The notes: generated by a model not told the origin, from the letters alone. A stretch of 57,911 nucleotides of DNA from Acidobacteriota bacterium (GCA_016184455.1 JACPCS010000055.1:1-57911); one strand, 5' to 3'; counted from the first letter of the stretch, positions 20,331 through 30,643 are shown. A program made the numbers and translations.

Positions 20331-21575
20331 ATGGCTTCCATCGTTTCAGCGCCGAAAACCCTCGACGTCGCCGCCATCCGGGAGGACTTCCCGATCCTGC
20401 GGCAGCGCGTCCACGGGAAGCCGCTCGTCTACCTCGACAACGCCGCGACGACGCAGAAGCCGCGCGCGGTGCTCGACGCGCTGCAGCGCTACTACGCGGA
20501 GGAGAACGCGAACGTGCACCGCGGGGTCCACTCGCTGAGCGGACGCGCCACCGACGCCTACGACGCGGCGCGCGAGGACATGCGCCGGTTCCTGAACGCC
20601 GCCGATGCGAAGGAGATCGTGTTCGTCCGCGGCACGACCGAGGGGATCAACCTGGTCGCCGAGACCTGGGGCCGCGTCAACGTCCGCGCGGGCGACGAGA
20701 TCGTGCTCACCGAGATGGAGCACCACTCGAACATCGTGCCGTGGCAGATTCTGTGCGAGGCGACGGGGGCGACGCTCCGTGTCGTGCCGATCACCGACGC
20801 GGGCGAGCTGCGGCTCGACCAGTTCGAGCGGCTGCTGACGGACCGCACCCGGCTCGTCGCGCTCGCGCACGTGTCGAACGTGCTCGGCACCATCAACCCC
20901 GTGGCCGACGTCGTGCGGATCGCGAAGGCCCGCGGCATCACCGTCCTCGTGGACGGCGCGCAGGCGGTCGCGCACATGCCGGTCGACGTGCGGGCGCTCG
21001 GCTGCGACTTCTACGTCTTCTCGGGGCACAAGGTGTTCGGGCCCACCGGGGTCGGCATTCTCTACGGGCGGCGGGCGCTGCTCGAGGCGATGCCGGTCTA
21101 TCAGGCGGGCGGCGGGATGATCGGCCGCGTCAGCTGGGAGCGGACGACGTACGCGGACCTGCCGTACAAGTACGAGGCGGGCACGCCGAACATTGCGGGC
21201 GTGATCGGCCTCGCGGCGGCGCTCGACTACGTGACGGGGATCGGCCTCGACCGGATCGCCGCATACGAGCACGACCTGTGCGCGTACGCCACCGCGGCGC
21301 TCACCGCCGTGCCCGGCCTTCGGTTGACCGGCACGGCGCGCGAGAAGGCCTCCGTGCTGTCGCTCGTGCTCGGCGACATCCACCCGCACGACATCGGCAC
21401 CATTCTCGACCGCGACGGCATCGCGATCCGCGCCGGGCACCACTGCTGTCAGCCGCTGATGGCGCGGCTCGGCGTGCCGGCCACGGCCCGCGCCTCGCTC
21501 GCCTTCTACAACACGCGCGAGGAGATCGACGCGCTCGCGGCGTCGCTCGAGCGTGCGCGGGAGGTGTTCGAGTGA
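20331..21575 (+). CDS. sufS: Cysteine desulfurase SufS (class II aminotransferase)
   Basis: 'YLDNAATTQKP', PLP lysine region 'FSGHKVFGPTGVG', active-site 'AGHHCCQP'. Confidence 0.95.
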   Translation: MASIVSAPKTLDVAAIREDFPILRQRVHGKPLVYLDNAATTQKPRAVLDALQRYYAEENANVHRGVHSLSGRATDAYDAAREDMRRFLNAADAKEIVFVRGTTEGINLVAETWGRVNVRAGDEIVLTEMEHHSNIVPWQILCEATGATLRVVPITDAGELRLDQFERLLTDRTRLVALAHVSNVLGTINPVADVVRIAKARGITVLVDGAQAVAHMPVDVRALGCDFYVFSGHKVFGPTGVGILYGRRALLEAMPVYQAGGGMIGRVSWERTTYADLPYKYEAGTPNIAGVIGLAAALDYVTGIGLDRIAAYEHDLCAYATAALTAVPGLRLTGTAREKASVLSLVLGDIHPHDIGTILDRDGIAIRAGHHCCQPLMARLGVPATARASLAFYNTREEIDALAASLERAREVFE

Positions 21576-22018
21576 GCGCCGAGCTCGAGGATCTCTACCA
21601 GGAGGTGATCCTCGACCACAATCGGCGGCCGAGGAACTTCCGGGCGCTCGAGGCCGGACAGAAGGCCGAGGGCTTCAACCCGCTCTGCGGCGATCGCATC
21701 ACCGTCTATCTCACCGTGGACAACGGCGTCATCAACGACGTCGCCTTTCAGGGATCGGGGTGCGCGATCTCCAAGGCGTCGGCGTCGCTCATGACCGAGA
21801 GCGTCAAGGGGAAGACCGTCGCCGAAGCCCAGGCGCTCTTCGAGCGGTTTCAGCAGATGATCACGGCGCCCTCCGACGCGCCGGTCGACAACCTCGGCAA
21901 GTTGATGGTGCTCGCCGGCGTTCGCCAGTTTCCCGTGCGCGTCAAGTGCGCCAGCCTGGCGTGGCACACGCTGCGTGCCGCCGTCGAGGCGAGCGGCGAG
22001 GTCGTGTCCACGGAATGA
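21572..22018 (+). CDS. sufU: Sulfur-acceptor scaffold SufU (IscU/NifU-like)
   Basis: GTGA overlap with sufS. 'NPLCGDRITVY', 'GSGCAISKAS', 'KCASLAWHTL'. Confidence 0.85.
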   Translation: MSAELEDLYQEVILDHNRRPRNFRALEAGQKAEGFNPLCGDRITVYLTVDNGVINDVAFQGSGCAISKASASLMTESVKGKTVAEAQALFERFQQMITAPSDAPVDNLGKLMVLAGVRQFPVRVKCASLAWHTLRAAVEASGEVVSTE

Positions 22019-22416
22019 AAGAGCTGTCTGTGGTTCAGCAGACGCCGGCGCCGGCCGCGCCGAAGCCGGGCGCGCTCCAGACTGACGCGATGGTACGGGA
22101 CCCGGAGCGCACCGCGGCGCTCACGCCCGAGATCGTCAAGGCGCTGTCGACGGTCTACGATCCGGAGATTCCGGTCAACATCTACGAGCTCGGGCTCATC
22201 TACGACATCGTCGTGGACGCCTCGAGCGCGGTGGGCATCCGGATGACGCTGACGGCGCCCGCCTGCCCGGCCGCGCAGGTCCTGCCCGAGCAGGTCCGCG
22301 CCGCAGTTGCCGCAGTGCCCGGCGTGGCCAGCGCCGTGGTCGAAGTCGTCTGGGATCCGGCGTGGGATCGCGACCGCATGTCGGACGCGGCCAAGCTGCA
22401 GCTCGGGATGTTCTGA
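22015..22416 (+). CDS. sufT: DUF59/MIP18-family Fe-S assembly factor (SufT-like)
   Basis: ATGA overlap with sufU. 'DPEIPVNIYELGLIYDI...RMTLTAPACPAA'. Confidence 0.8.
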   Translation: MKELSVVQQTPAPAAPKPGALQTDAMVRDPERTAALTPEIVKALSTVYDPEIPVNIYELGLIYDIVVDASSAVGIRMTLTAPACPAAQVLPEQVRAAVAAVPGVASAVVEVVWDPAWDRDRMSDAAKLQLGMF

Positions 22417-22439
22417 GGCGTTTCGCCAGACGAAACACC
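22417..22439 (+). terminator. Weak hairpin after sufT with no U-tract
   Basis: 'ggcgtttcg-ccaga-cgaaacacc' has a 9-bp stem with one mismatch. Confidence 0.2.
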
Positions 22440-22595
22440 GAGGCACCGCGACACGGAGCCGGGGTCGGTCAACCCTTGGCGACGTATCAGGAGTTTCCTT
22501 CGCCTCGATACCGTGAGCGACACGAATCCCAGTCGACGTTAGCCCGATGGCAGTTTGGCCGTCAGCTTTGAGATGTCATCCTCAAGCTGAGCGAT

Positions 22596-22955
22596 TTGTT
22601 TTTGAATACCTGCGGCGGTGACCTCCGCGGAGGACCACAGTATGATGAAACAACATGTCACAGCGGTGCCCTGAAGGCGCACTTCCGCGAGCGTTGGCCC
22701 GAGTTCTTTGTCGGCACCGATAAGCAGTGGGTACTCTTCGAGAAACTGCATTTTTCGGCGGGTCCGTACAACACCTCACTCCAGCGAGGGTTACTGAGCT
22801 GCGACGTTCGCCCTCGCGTTTCGGCTGCCATAGTCCCGACAATTCTGGTCGTAGGCAGCGGGGACTGGTATGTGCCTGATATGGAATGGCTGGCACGTAA
22901 CCTGCCTTCGGCATCGCTATGCGTCATCCCGGACGCTGGGCACTTTGTGTCGTGA
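22596..22955 (+). pseudogene. C-terminal fragment of an alpha/beta-fold hydrolase (truncated remnant)
   Basis: 'PTILVVGSGDWYVPDMEWLARNLPSASLCVIPDAGHFVS*' is a typical C-terminal catalytic-His segment. No N-terminal nucleophile region is present. It lies in visibly lower-GC DNA. Confidence 0.45.
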
Positions 22956-23131
22956 ATGAGGTCACGAGGCGCCTCGTCCCAGGGAAACGCGTCTCGCAGC
23001 TGTTGGACGGTCCAAGCTGCCGTGGGATCGGGATCCAGTGTCTTTAGGGACACCTTGATTGTGCTCCCATGGTTCGCAAGGCGCAGACGGCATTTTCGGT
23101 AGGGACAGTCGACGACGCCAACTCATTGAAA

Positions 23132-23170
23132 GAATTGGCTCTGGCTCCTCGGGCTGGACTCGAACCAGCA
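23132..23170 (-). other. tRNA 3'-end fragment (T-arm, acceptor 3' strand and CCA); putative att-site remnant
   Basis: The minus strand reads '...GCTGG-TTCGAGT-CCAGC-CCGAGGA-G-CCA'. The upstream sequence does not fold into D or anticodon arms with a matching acceptor 5' strand. Confidence 0.4.
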
Positions 23171-23289
23171 ACCCTCCGGTTGACAGGCGGAACAAACGAC
23201 GTTAGCTGCGCTTGCGGCGGTGTGCTAAACGCTGGAGGATTGTGCAGGATCATCAGACAGGGCAACAGCGAATCGCTGTACGTGCGAAT

Positions 23290-25935
23290 CTACGTGGTCG
23301 CTGGTTCGGCGTTGCCGGAAGCCGGTGCGGGTTCTGGTGCAGGCGTCGGCGCAGGTACCGCTGGCGCCGGCGCGGCGACGGGCGCGGGCGGGAGCGGAAA
23401 GCACGTCCCCGGAGCGACGTTCAGCAGCCTGCAGGTTTCGGAGTAGATGTCAGCCACGCGCAGATAGTTGCGCGTCTTGCGGTCGTCGTCGTCGAAGAGC
23501 TTGTCGTACGCACACAGCTCCCGGCGTGCCCGTTCGATCGCACGCCGGTTCGGCTTCGGGTCGGTGACATTGTTCGTGTCGGTGGCAATTCTGACCAGCT
23601 CGAGCAGAGAGTCCGCGTACAACCGGACACGGAATAGCGGCCCCTTTTCCTGCAACGCGATTGCACGCTCGAGCACACCCAGCGATTCTGCGTAGCTCCC
23701 GCGGTTGTTCAGCACCTGGGCAAGCATGAAGAGCGACGCCGGGTCGAACGGCGCGGCGGTCAGGTAGGGTTCGGCCTTCGTGTAGTCACGAGTTTCTTCG
23801 GCGAAGTAGAAGCGAGCATAGACGAACTTCGCTTTCGCATTCGCCGGGTCCAATGCGAGCGCCCGATCGAGGAGCGTGGTGACACGCTGAGGCCAGCTGG
23901 TCTTGTCCTTCCGCTCGAGATGCGCCTTCGCGAGGTCCACGTGCACGTCGGCGTAGGTCGGCATGAGATCGACGGCCTCGCTGAGGCTCTCGATCGCTCC
24001 GTTGCGGTCGCCGCTCGAGAACTGCATGCGGCCGTAGGCATGCAGCACGATGCCGCGGGCGAGCGGATGCCCGGAAGGCGCGGCCCGCTGCAGCTCATCG
24101 GCGTGCTGGTTGAACCAGTTCACATGCGCGCGCAGCCGCTCTCGTGCCTGCCGCGTGCGTTCCTTGTCCGGCGAGTCGTCCCGAACCAGCGAGATCTTCA
24201 CCGCCTCTCTGGTGCTCTGGCCACTACGGGCCAGCATGACCAGGCGCAGCCGCTTCGCCGCATTCAGCTTCTGACCCTCGGCGTTTGTCTCAAGTGCGAC
24301 GAGCGCGTCGAGGATTCGCCCGACTTCCGAGTCCTCCCGGTCATCGCTGGCCAGTGACAACGTGGACGCCAGCTGGTACTGCACGACGTGAGGGAAATCC
24401 GGATGCTCTGCGATGTGGCCTTGAAGGGACTTGCTGGCAGCGGCTTCCTGCCCCGTGAACCAGGTCAAATGACGGAGTGCGGTGCGTGTGTCCTTCGTGC
24501 CGCGTGCGCACAGGGCGAGCTGAAAGCGCGCGAGCCAATTTCCGCTGTCTCGGTCGAGCGCGTTCTGAAAGTGCACCGTCGCGGTTTTGAAGGCGTCTGC
24601 CGTGTTCGCGGCGAAGGCATAGAGGCCGAGGATGTATTCCTTCAAGCTGTCGCAGTTGCTCGTGACCGTGTTCGTCGTCTCGCCGTCGAGAATCATCCGG
24701 GAGGCGATGTCCACTAAGCAGGTGATGCGTGCCTCCGCCGACGCGGATGGCGCAGACGCTCGCCACTCGCTCTTCCTGCCGAACAGCCGGTCCTCATGCA
24801 TCAGCCGCAGGGCCAGCGTGTTGTCGTACGCGGTCAGCGTTCCGGTGAATGCGTGTCGTGGCCGAGGCGTCATCACGCGCTTGATGAACGTCCACAGCTG
24901 CTGCGGGTTGAGGCCGATCCCTCCCACCGCAATCGTCGGCGTCGACGAGACGAAGGCATCGAGTTCTTTCGCAAGTTCCGGCGCATCGACCGGCGGCGTG
25001 ACGAAGACGAGGTCAGGCGGCGGCAGCTCGCCCCCGTCCTCGTTCAGTGAATCGCCGGCGCCGGTGGCGTCGAGCTTTGCCGAGCCTGGCCCAGCCTCGC
25101 GGATGCGATCGATGACGTCCTGAAGCTCCTGCGCCAGCTCGCGGTTTGCCGCGGGTGATGCGACCGCCAGGCTCAGATCGACGAGCTCGAGACTCCTCTT
25201 CCTCGTCAGCCAGATTCGACGCAGGACGAAGATGATGGCGAGGACGACAAGGAATGTCAGCACCCATTGCCAGATGGTCCGGGCGGCGTCGCTGAAAGAG
25301 CGATACAGGGTGGGGATGACTCCGTACGGCTCGTCGTCGAACAGCTTCTGTGTCGCGTTCTCGACGCCGAGTGTCGCCCGGACCTTGGTGTCCTCGGAAA
25401 TCGGATCCGTCTGCTTCGCGACCGCATCGTACGCGTCCTTCGCTTTCTGATAGAGACGGCGATTGAGGTACGTGTCCGCGCGGGTCAACGCGGCGCGAGC
25501 GGCCTGCTCGATGGCATCTTGTCGTTTCACGACGGCGGGACTGCGCTTCTGCAGCTCCGCGAGACGACGCTGCACGACGATCGCGAGTCCGGCGTCACGG
25601 GCGTGCGATACACTCGGCAGAAATTCCGTCAACGCGTCGATCGCCTGCTTGGTGAGCCCATGCTTCGCATACGCATCGATGACGCCCAGCAGATTCGTCG
25701 TCTTGTCGATGAGCTCGAGGTGCGCTTTGAGATCCTCGGCGCCGAGTGGAGGCTTCAGCGTGTTGAGTTGCTGCCGCGCCTCCGCCAGCTTGCCATCCGC
25801 TTCGAGGGTTCTGATGGCGTCCGGAAGCGGATCGGACGGGAGCGCCGAAACGGCAACCCCATTCAACACGCACAGTGCGAGGGCGATCTGGCCGAAGAGA
25901 CGGCACCGCATCGGACGCACATCTACATAACGCAC
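23290..25935 (-). CDS. Large TPR-repeat protein with a signal peptide, one internal TM helix and a Pro/Ala-rich C-terminal tail
   Basis: 881 aa. Signal peptide 'LFGQIALALCVLNGVAVSA', TM 'IWQWVLTFLVVLAIIFVL', multiple TPR-like helix pairs, and tail 'PAPVAAPAPAVPAPTPAPEPAPA'. Confidence 0.7.
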   Translation of the reverse strand: MRYVDVRPMRCRLFGQIALALCVLNGVAVSALPSDPLPDAIRTLEADGKLAEARQQLNTLKPPLGAEDLKAHLELIDKTTNLLGVIDAYAKHGLTKQAIDALTEFLPSVSHARDAGLAIVVQRRLAELQKRSPAVVKRQDAIEQAARAALTRADTYLNRRLYQKAKDAYDAVAKQTDPISEDTKVRATLGVENATQKLFDDEPYGVIPTLYRSFSDAARTIWQWVLTFLVVLAIIFVLRRIWLTRKRSLELVDLSLAVASPAANRELAQELQDVIDRIREAGPGSAKLDATGAGDSLNEDGGELPPPDLVFVTPPVDAPELAKELDAFVSSTPTIAVGGIGLNPQQLWTFIKRVMTPRPRHAFTGTLTAYDNTLALRLMHEDRLFGRKSEWRASAPSASAEARITCLVDIASRMILDGETTNTVTSNCDSLKEYILGLYAFAANTADAFKTATVHFQNALDRDSGNWLARFQLALCARGTKDTRTALRHLTWFTGQEAAASKSLQGHIAEHPDFPHVVQYQLASTLSLASDDREDSEVGRILDALVALETNAEGQKLNAAKRLRLVMLARSGQSTREAVKISLVRDDSPDKERTRQARERLRAHVNWFNQHADELQRAAPSGHPLARGIVLHAYGRMQFSSGDRNGAIESLSEAVDLMPTYADVHVDLAKAHLERKDKTSWPQRVTTLLDRALALDPANAKAKFVYARFYFAEETRDYTKAEPYLTAAPFDPASLFMLAQVLNNRGSYAESLGVLERAIALQEKGPLFRVRLYADSLLELVRIATDTNNVTDPKPNRRAIERARRELCAYDKLFDDDDRKTRNYLRVADIYSETCRLLNVAPGTCFPLPPAPVAAPAPAVPAPTPAPEPAPASGNAEPATT

Positions 25936-26119
25936 GAGGTCCGTGAGTCTAACACGTCAGTGCGCGACGACTCGTGTTGCATTTTCACGGTTTCGACGTT
26001 ATCACCTACGGTGGCGCACGGGTCTCTGGAGAGCCACCCGGGCGTCTTCGACCCCCAACGAGACAAATTGGTAACTCCTTCAGAGCCGCTGAAGAACCAC
26101 CGGCTCGAGAGGCAGATGT

Positions 26120-26443
26120 ATGAGGATCAACAACAACAACTCACTGGATTTGGCGGCGAAGAAGGGAGAGTCGTTGACCCTGTCGCTGCAGGACGGCGAC
26201 GCGCTCGTGTCGTTTTCCGGGCTCGCGAACGGGAATCTCACGAAAGCCAACCCTCACCAATTCACGGTGCCCACGACTGGCACCGATTTGCCGCTCCTTG
26301 TCCGGGCGACCTTCAAAGCCACGTCCGGCGGCTTCGCCTCGGTGCGTGTCTCGGATAACAACGGCACCGTCGCACCGTTCACGTTCACGCAGTTCCCTGG
26401 CACTGTCACCAATGCCGTCGTGTTCCTGATCGACATCGAGTGA
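26120..26443 (+). CDS. Small hypothetical protein (107 aa)
   Basis: Beta-rich composition. Its stop lies 8 bp before the next gene. Confidence 0.4.
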   Translation: MRINNNNSLDLAAKKGESLTLSLQDGDALVSFSGLANGNLTKANPHQFTVPTTGTDLPLLVRATFKATSGGFASVRVSDNNGTVAPFTFTQFPGTVTNAVVFLIDIE

Positions 26444-26450
26444 GGACTCA

Positions 26451-27911
26451 ATGAAACCGAGCACTCGAGTTCTGCTGACTCTTGCGGTGCTGCTGAGCAT
26501 CGCGGTTCCAACTGGCGCACAGGCACCCGTTCCAGATCCGGCGAAGCATCTGGCCGGCCAGATTGCCGGACGGGCTGGCGAGATCAGCAGACTGCAGGCC
26601 CAGGTGAGGAAGAGTCCGAAGTCTTTGACTCCGGAACAGACGCCGCTGTCGACGGTCAACCTGGCCGTCGATTTCGAGCCGATCTATCTGTCGTTGATTG
26701 GCAGCATCTCGAAGCAAGCGATGCGGGCGCTCGAGGAGCGGCGAATGGACAAACAGGTCGGGGACGCCTCCGGTTCGACGGCTGGGTCCACGTCGCTTGT
26801 CTCGAAAGGCGGCACTCCGGCCGTTTTGGCCGTCGCTGTTGAAAATGGCGCCCTGACCCAGGACACCAGCGGGACGACCGTCACGTTCCGCGGATCTCCG
26901 GTGAGCATCGTCCAGGCGATCCGAAGGACGCCTTACTTCGAGATGCTCGAGACCGATGACCCTGCTATCGAGGTCCTGCAGAAATTCTCGTTCTCCTTCT
27001 CTTTCGACACATCCCGCGGATTGGCCGACGGTGCTGAACGAACGTTCACTGCCGATCGACAACAGTTCTCCGCGGCAACGCTTCGCTATAGCGCGGTGGA
27101 TAACAAGGATCCGCGTGCAGCGGCAAACGACCCGCGCTGGAATGCGCTTTCGCCGGCAACCGACGTCCTCAACCGGGCCGCGCTCGCGGCTCTCAAGTCT
27201 CTCCAGGCAGATCCGGCAATCGTCGCGTGGGTCGATGCCACGAACGAGGCGATCAGCGCCGCATCGCTCGACGAGATCGAAGACGTCGTTGTGGCTCGGT
27301 TCCAGTCGCTTCCAACAGTCGAGATCGTGCCTGCGACGAGAGTGGCGGTCAACAATGCGGCCGACCAGTTCAAGCGGATGGTCAGCCTGCGTGCGGAGAT
27401 CCTTCGGGAGATCGCCGGCGGTGGACAGTTGGTCTTTGATTTCGCCTATCAGAAGCCGGCGACTGGTCCGACGTCTGGCAACGTCACAGTGGTTGGCTCG
27501 GTCGGTCGGTCGTTCCTGCTGACGGGCAACGTCGCTGCGACGTTCTACATCGGCGACGTGCCGGCCAACACCGAATCGCTGCGTGACGTCCAGGGCTCGG
27601 TGCAGGTCGATATCCCGTTCGGCGATCCTGAGGGAATCGGCCGATATGTGTTCACGCTCGCAACCAAGATCCAGCACATGCCGGACGACCTCGTCGCCGG
27701 TGAAGGCACGCTGTTCCCAGGCACCAAGGGCACGATTGCGCTTGGGCAGGCAAAGCTGACGATTCCCGTCAGGGGATCCGCAGCGAAGATTCCGCTGTCT
27801 GTGACGCTTGCGAACAGGACGGAACTGATCGCGGAGAAGAAAGTGTTCGCGCGCGCCCAGGTCGGCTTCAGCTACGACCTCGACGCCGTGCTCTCGCGGT
27901 TCACACCATAA
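26451..27911 (+). CDS. Secreted hypothetical protein (486 aa)
   Basis: Signal peptide 'MKPSTRVLLTLAVLLSIAVPTGAQA'. No recognisable catalytic motifs. Confidence 0.55.
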   Translation: MKPSTRVLLTLAVLLSIAVPTGAQAPVPDPAKHLAGQIAGRAGEISRLQAQVRKSPKSLTPEQTPLSTVNLAVDFEPIYLSLIGSISKQAMRALEERRMDKQVGDASGSTAGSTSLVSKGGTPAVLAVAVENGALTQDTSGTTVTFRGSPVSIVQAIRRTPYFEMLETDDPAIEVLQKFSFSFSFDTSRGLADGAERTFTADRQQFSAATLRYSAVDNKDPRAAANDPRWNALSPATDVLNRAALAALKSLQADPAIVAWVDATNEAISAASLDEIEDVVVARFQSLPTVEIVPATRVAVNNAADQFKRMVSLRAEILREIAGGGQLVFDFAYQKPATGPTSGNVTVVGSVGRSFLLTGNVAATFYIGDVPANTESLRDVQGSVQVDIPFGDPEGIGRYVFTLATKIQHMPDDLVAGEGTLFPGTKGTIALGQAKLTIPVRGSAAKIPLSVTLANRTELIAEKKVFARAQVGFSYDLDAVLSRFTP

Positions 27912-28274
27912 CGGCAGGCCGAGGAAGCGTGCAGCGCTCAGGGCGTATGAAACCTGTCGCTGTGCGCGTCGTGTCTTCTTGCGGATGGAAACGCGAGAAT
28001 GCGCGCCGCCAGCGCACGCGTCGACGACAGCGCGAATACCGTCAAGCGTGGACTGCGGAACCGGCGTCTTCGCCTGTTCCCCACGCGCGTTCGGGGCCGG
28101 ATCGCTCATGGAGATTCACCATGATACCTGCAGTATCCATCAACTTCAGCAGGGGGACGCGCGGCTGCGCTGAGCCTCGACTCCCCAAGCAGAGTCGGCT
28201 TCAACCCGCCGGCGGAGGACGTGGAGACCGATCAGGTATTCCCGACTTCGTTTCCAACTCGCGAAGGTCAAGCC

Positions 28275-28739
28275 TCACCAACATCCGCCCACACGACGCC
28301 TCACGCCAAGCTGCGGAGGCCACGAGGCTCGGTCACTGGTCGGGCACGCTGCGAAGTGTCGATTCGCCGGAGACCCACAATCGTAAAAGTAAGACCCTCG
28401 CCACGGCCAGCCGGGTTTGTGATACGACGTGCTGAACACCGTGACCAAAGCGCCGCCCAAGAGAAGTAATGCCCACTGGCTGAGAGATGCACTCAACGCG
28501 ACAACTTCCTTGAGACCCGCTGAAATCCTCTCGAACTCAGGGTCGCGGCTCGGAGACTGAGGTGCTGGAATTGTCGGTGCAGCACCCTTTGATTCAGTGA
28601 CCGTTCCTTGGGGAGTGCTTTCCTCTTGGAGTTGGCTAGATGACACCGCACAATGTGGGGAAGCCAGCGTAGCCATCACGGTCACAACTCCGATGGTCTG
28701 AGCTATTTTCGCTGCGACCTTCTTGCGGCTGATCGCCAT
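28275..28739 (-). CDS. Hypothetical membrane protein
   Basis: The internal ATG 'MAISRKKVAAKIAQTIGVVTVMATLA' is taken as the start. A second TM 'WALLLLGGALVTVF'. Confidence 0.35.
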   Translation of the reverse strand: MAISRKKVAAKIAQTIGVVTVMATLASPHCAVSSSQLQEESTPQGTVTESKGAAPTIPAPQSPSRDPEFERISAGLKEVVALSASLSQWALLLLGGALVTVFSTSYHKPGWPWRGSYFYDCGSPANRHFAACPTSDRASWPPQLGVRRRVGGCW

Positions 28740-28758
28740 CCGTTCACCAACACGCGTC

Positions 28759-29067
28759 TCAATGCTCTCGGAACACGCTGATGCTGTTTGCTGCCCTCGC
28801 AACCACCCTCACCGTCCCGTCCCACCCGGTCGCATATATCGCCCTCCGCACCGTCAGCGGATTGAACTCTTCGGCCCGAGTCGCAACCATCACTGTTTTG
28901 GGCTGGCTCCGATTTCGGGTGATGTTGCTTGCGAGGAGTTCAACGGTGTAGCGCCGAGGATGCGCTTGGCCCACGTTGATGAAGTGGGCGGTCATCGACG
29001 GGGCGGGCTGCGACAGCGCGGGCAGAGCCGCGAGGAGCAGCACGAGGACAGCCGAGGTACGCTTCAT
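28759..29067 (-). CDS. Small secreted hypothetical protein (102 aa)
   Basis: Signal peptide 'MKRTSAVLVLLLAALPALSQPAPS'. Confidence 0.4.
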   Translation of the reverse strand: MKRTSAVLVLLLAALPALSQPAPSMTAHFINVGQAHPRRYTVELLASNITRNRSQPKTVMVATRAEEFNPLTVRRAIYATGWDGTVRVVARAANSISVFREH

Positions 29068-29158
29068 CTCGGGTTGAACTGTCAGTTGGCTGGTGGCATC
29101 CTACCGGAACTCAAATCCCCGCATTCATAGCACTTTGGCTGACAGAAAGGTGCGTGCG

Positions 29159-30277
29159 ATGACCCGACGCCGCCTCGTCATCCCCATTCTCGACTTGCAC
29201 CTTCACTTCCCGATGCAGTTCCCGTTGGTTGCTCGGCCCTGCGAGGTTGAAGTTCCGGCCTGGACCGCATTCAACCAGGCGCTCATGGGAGCCGCGAATC
29301 TGTTCTTCAATTTCGGGAGGCGTCCCCGCGTCACATTGCCCGATGCCGAAGAGGCGAGCGTCAGTTTTGCTTCGGTGTTGCACATCCCCGCCGATGAAGT
29401 GTGGGGACCGTGTGGCCCGTTCGAGAACATCCAGAATCAGATGGCGCAAGTTGAATCGGCCGTAAGGCGACGGCCGGGGTGGACGGTCGCTCGAACTCCT
29501 GCGGAACTGCTCGCCGCGATGGAGGCAAATGGGCGCTGTCTGTTCCACTGCATCGAGGGCGGCTACAGCGTCGGAGGCCCCGACAACATCCCCGCGCTTG
29601 CGAGAGCGGGAGTCGCCTACATCACCCTCGCGCACCTTCGCTTCAGGGGCATCTCGGCCTGTGTGAACGGGCTGCCGTTTCTGAACGATGGGATCTTCTC
29701 GGCACTGAACCCGATGCCAGTTCGCGGGCTGACGGAAACTGGCGTCAGGGTCGCAGAGGCAATGATGGATCACGGCATCATCGTTGATCTCACACACATG
29801 ACGGAGACGGCGATGGATGAAGTGATCGCGATGGCGCGCATCAAGAGCCGACCTGTGATGGCATCACACACAGTGCCCCGCGGAACTTCCTCCCCAACGT
29901 ATCTGCTGAACCTCTCGGATGAAATGATGTTGAAGATTCGGGAGACGGGAGGCGTTATTGGCGTGATCGCCTTCAAGCACTGGTTGCATGACCCAACGAA
30001 ACCGCGCGAAAAGCAGGATCTCCGAATCATGTTGCGGGCTATTGAGCATGTGCGCAGGGTCGCTGGCGATGATCACGTTGCGATAGGCTCTGACCTCGAT
30101 GGGTTCATCCATCCCGTTGACGGGCTGAAGAGACTGCGGAACTTCACTGCGCTTCGCAGGGCAATTCTCGACAGCTATCCGGGACTTGCGGAGAAGATTC
30201 TCTGGAGAAATACCTACCGAACGCTGGAGGCTGGCTGGACGGTGATGCGTGAGCCGAAGGGAGTCGCTTACGTTTAG
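29159..30277 (+). CDS. Membrane dipeptidase, peptidase family M19 (renal-dipeptidase-like)
   Basis: Conserved blocks 'HCIEGG', 'GVAYITLAH', 'GIIVDLTH', 'ASHT', 'GGVIGV', 'DHVAIGSDLDG'. Confidence 0.75.
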   Translation: MTRRRLVIPILDLHLHFPMQFPLVARPCEVEVPAWTAFNQALMGAANLFFNFGRRPRVTLPDAEEASVSFASVLHIPADEVWGPCGPFENIQNQMAQVESAVRRRPGWTVARTPAELLAAMEANGRCLFHCIEGGYSVGGPDNIPALARAGVAYITLAHLRFRGISACVNGLPFLNDGIFSALNPMPVRGLTETGVRVAEAMMDHGIIVDLTHMTETAMDEVIAMARIKSRPVMASHTVPRGTSSPTYLLNLSDEMMLKIRETGGVIGVIAFKHWLHDPTKPREKQDLRIMLRAIEHVRRVAGDDHVAIGSDLDGFIHPVDGLKRLRNFTALRRAILDSYPGLAEKILWRNTYRTLEAGWTVMREPKGVAYV

Positions 30278-30643
30278 CCCGCACCGAGGCCTTGCCATTC
30301 GATCCGTCGCGAACCGCGCGATGGACCTCTTGGGTTGATGGAAGGGTCGCCTCCTCCGAACTGGGCTCGTGCCGAAACGGCACCGAGGTGCGGAACCTGA
30401 GGCACGGCGCGCTGCTGATGTCGCGGATCTTCACTTCTGGAGAGGAAGCGCTGGAGTGGGCGGAGGAGGAGCAGGAACGGTTGGTTGAGTCCGGCTCGAC
30501 GCCAGCAGCATCGGTAGGCGTGCAGTCTCGAAAGCGTATTGAGTAATGCAGATACTCGCGTCTGTCCTTTCGCTCTTTGGAGCCCTAATCGCAGCCGGCG
30601 GAACAATCGATCAGCGCGAAAAGGAATCCCGTGTCGAGGAAGG

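Noticed and set aside
22539-22751. 70-aa minus-strand ORF in the low-GC stretch after sufT
   Set aside because: It overlaps the alpha/beta-hydrolase fragment on the other strand. It has no RBS or homology signal. It is probably noise in decayed DNA.
25267-26358. Plus-strand 363-aa ORF overlapping the start of the TPR gene and the 26120 small gene
   Set aside because: Arg-rich antisense translation. The TPR gene on the minus strand has a clear signal peptide and repeats.
30292-30546. 84-aa plus-strand ORF after the M19 dipeptidase
   Set aside because: No RBS and no recognisable features. It overlaps alternative ORFs and is left uncalled.
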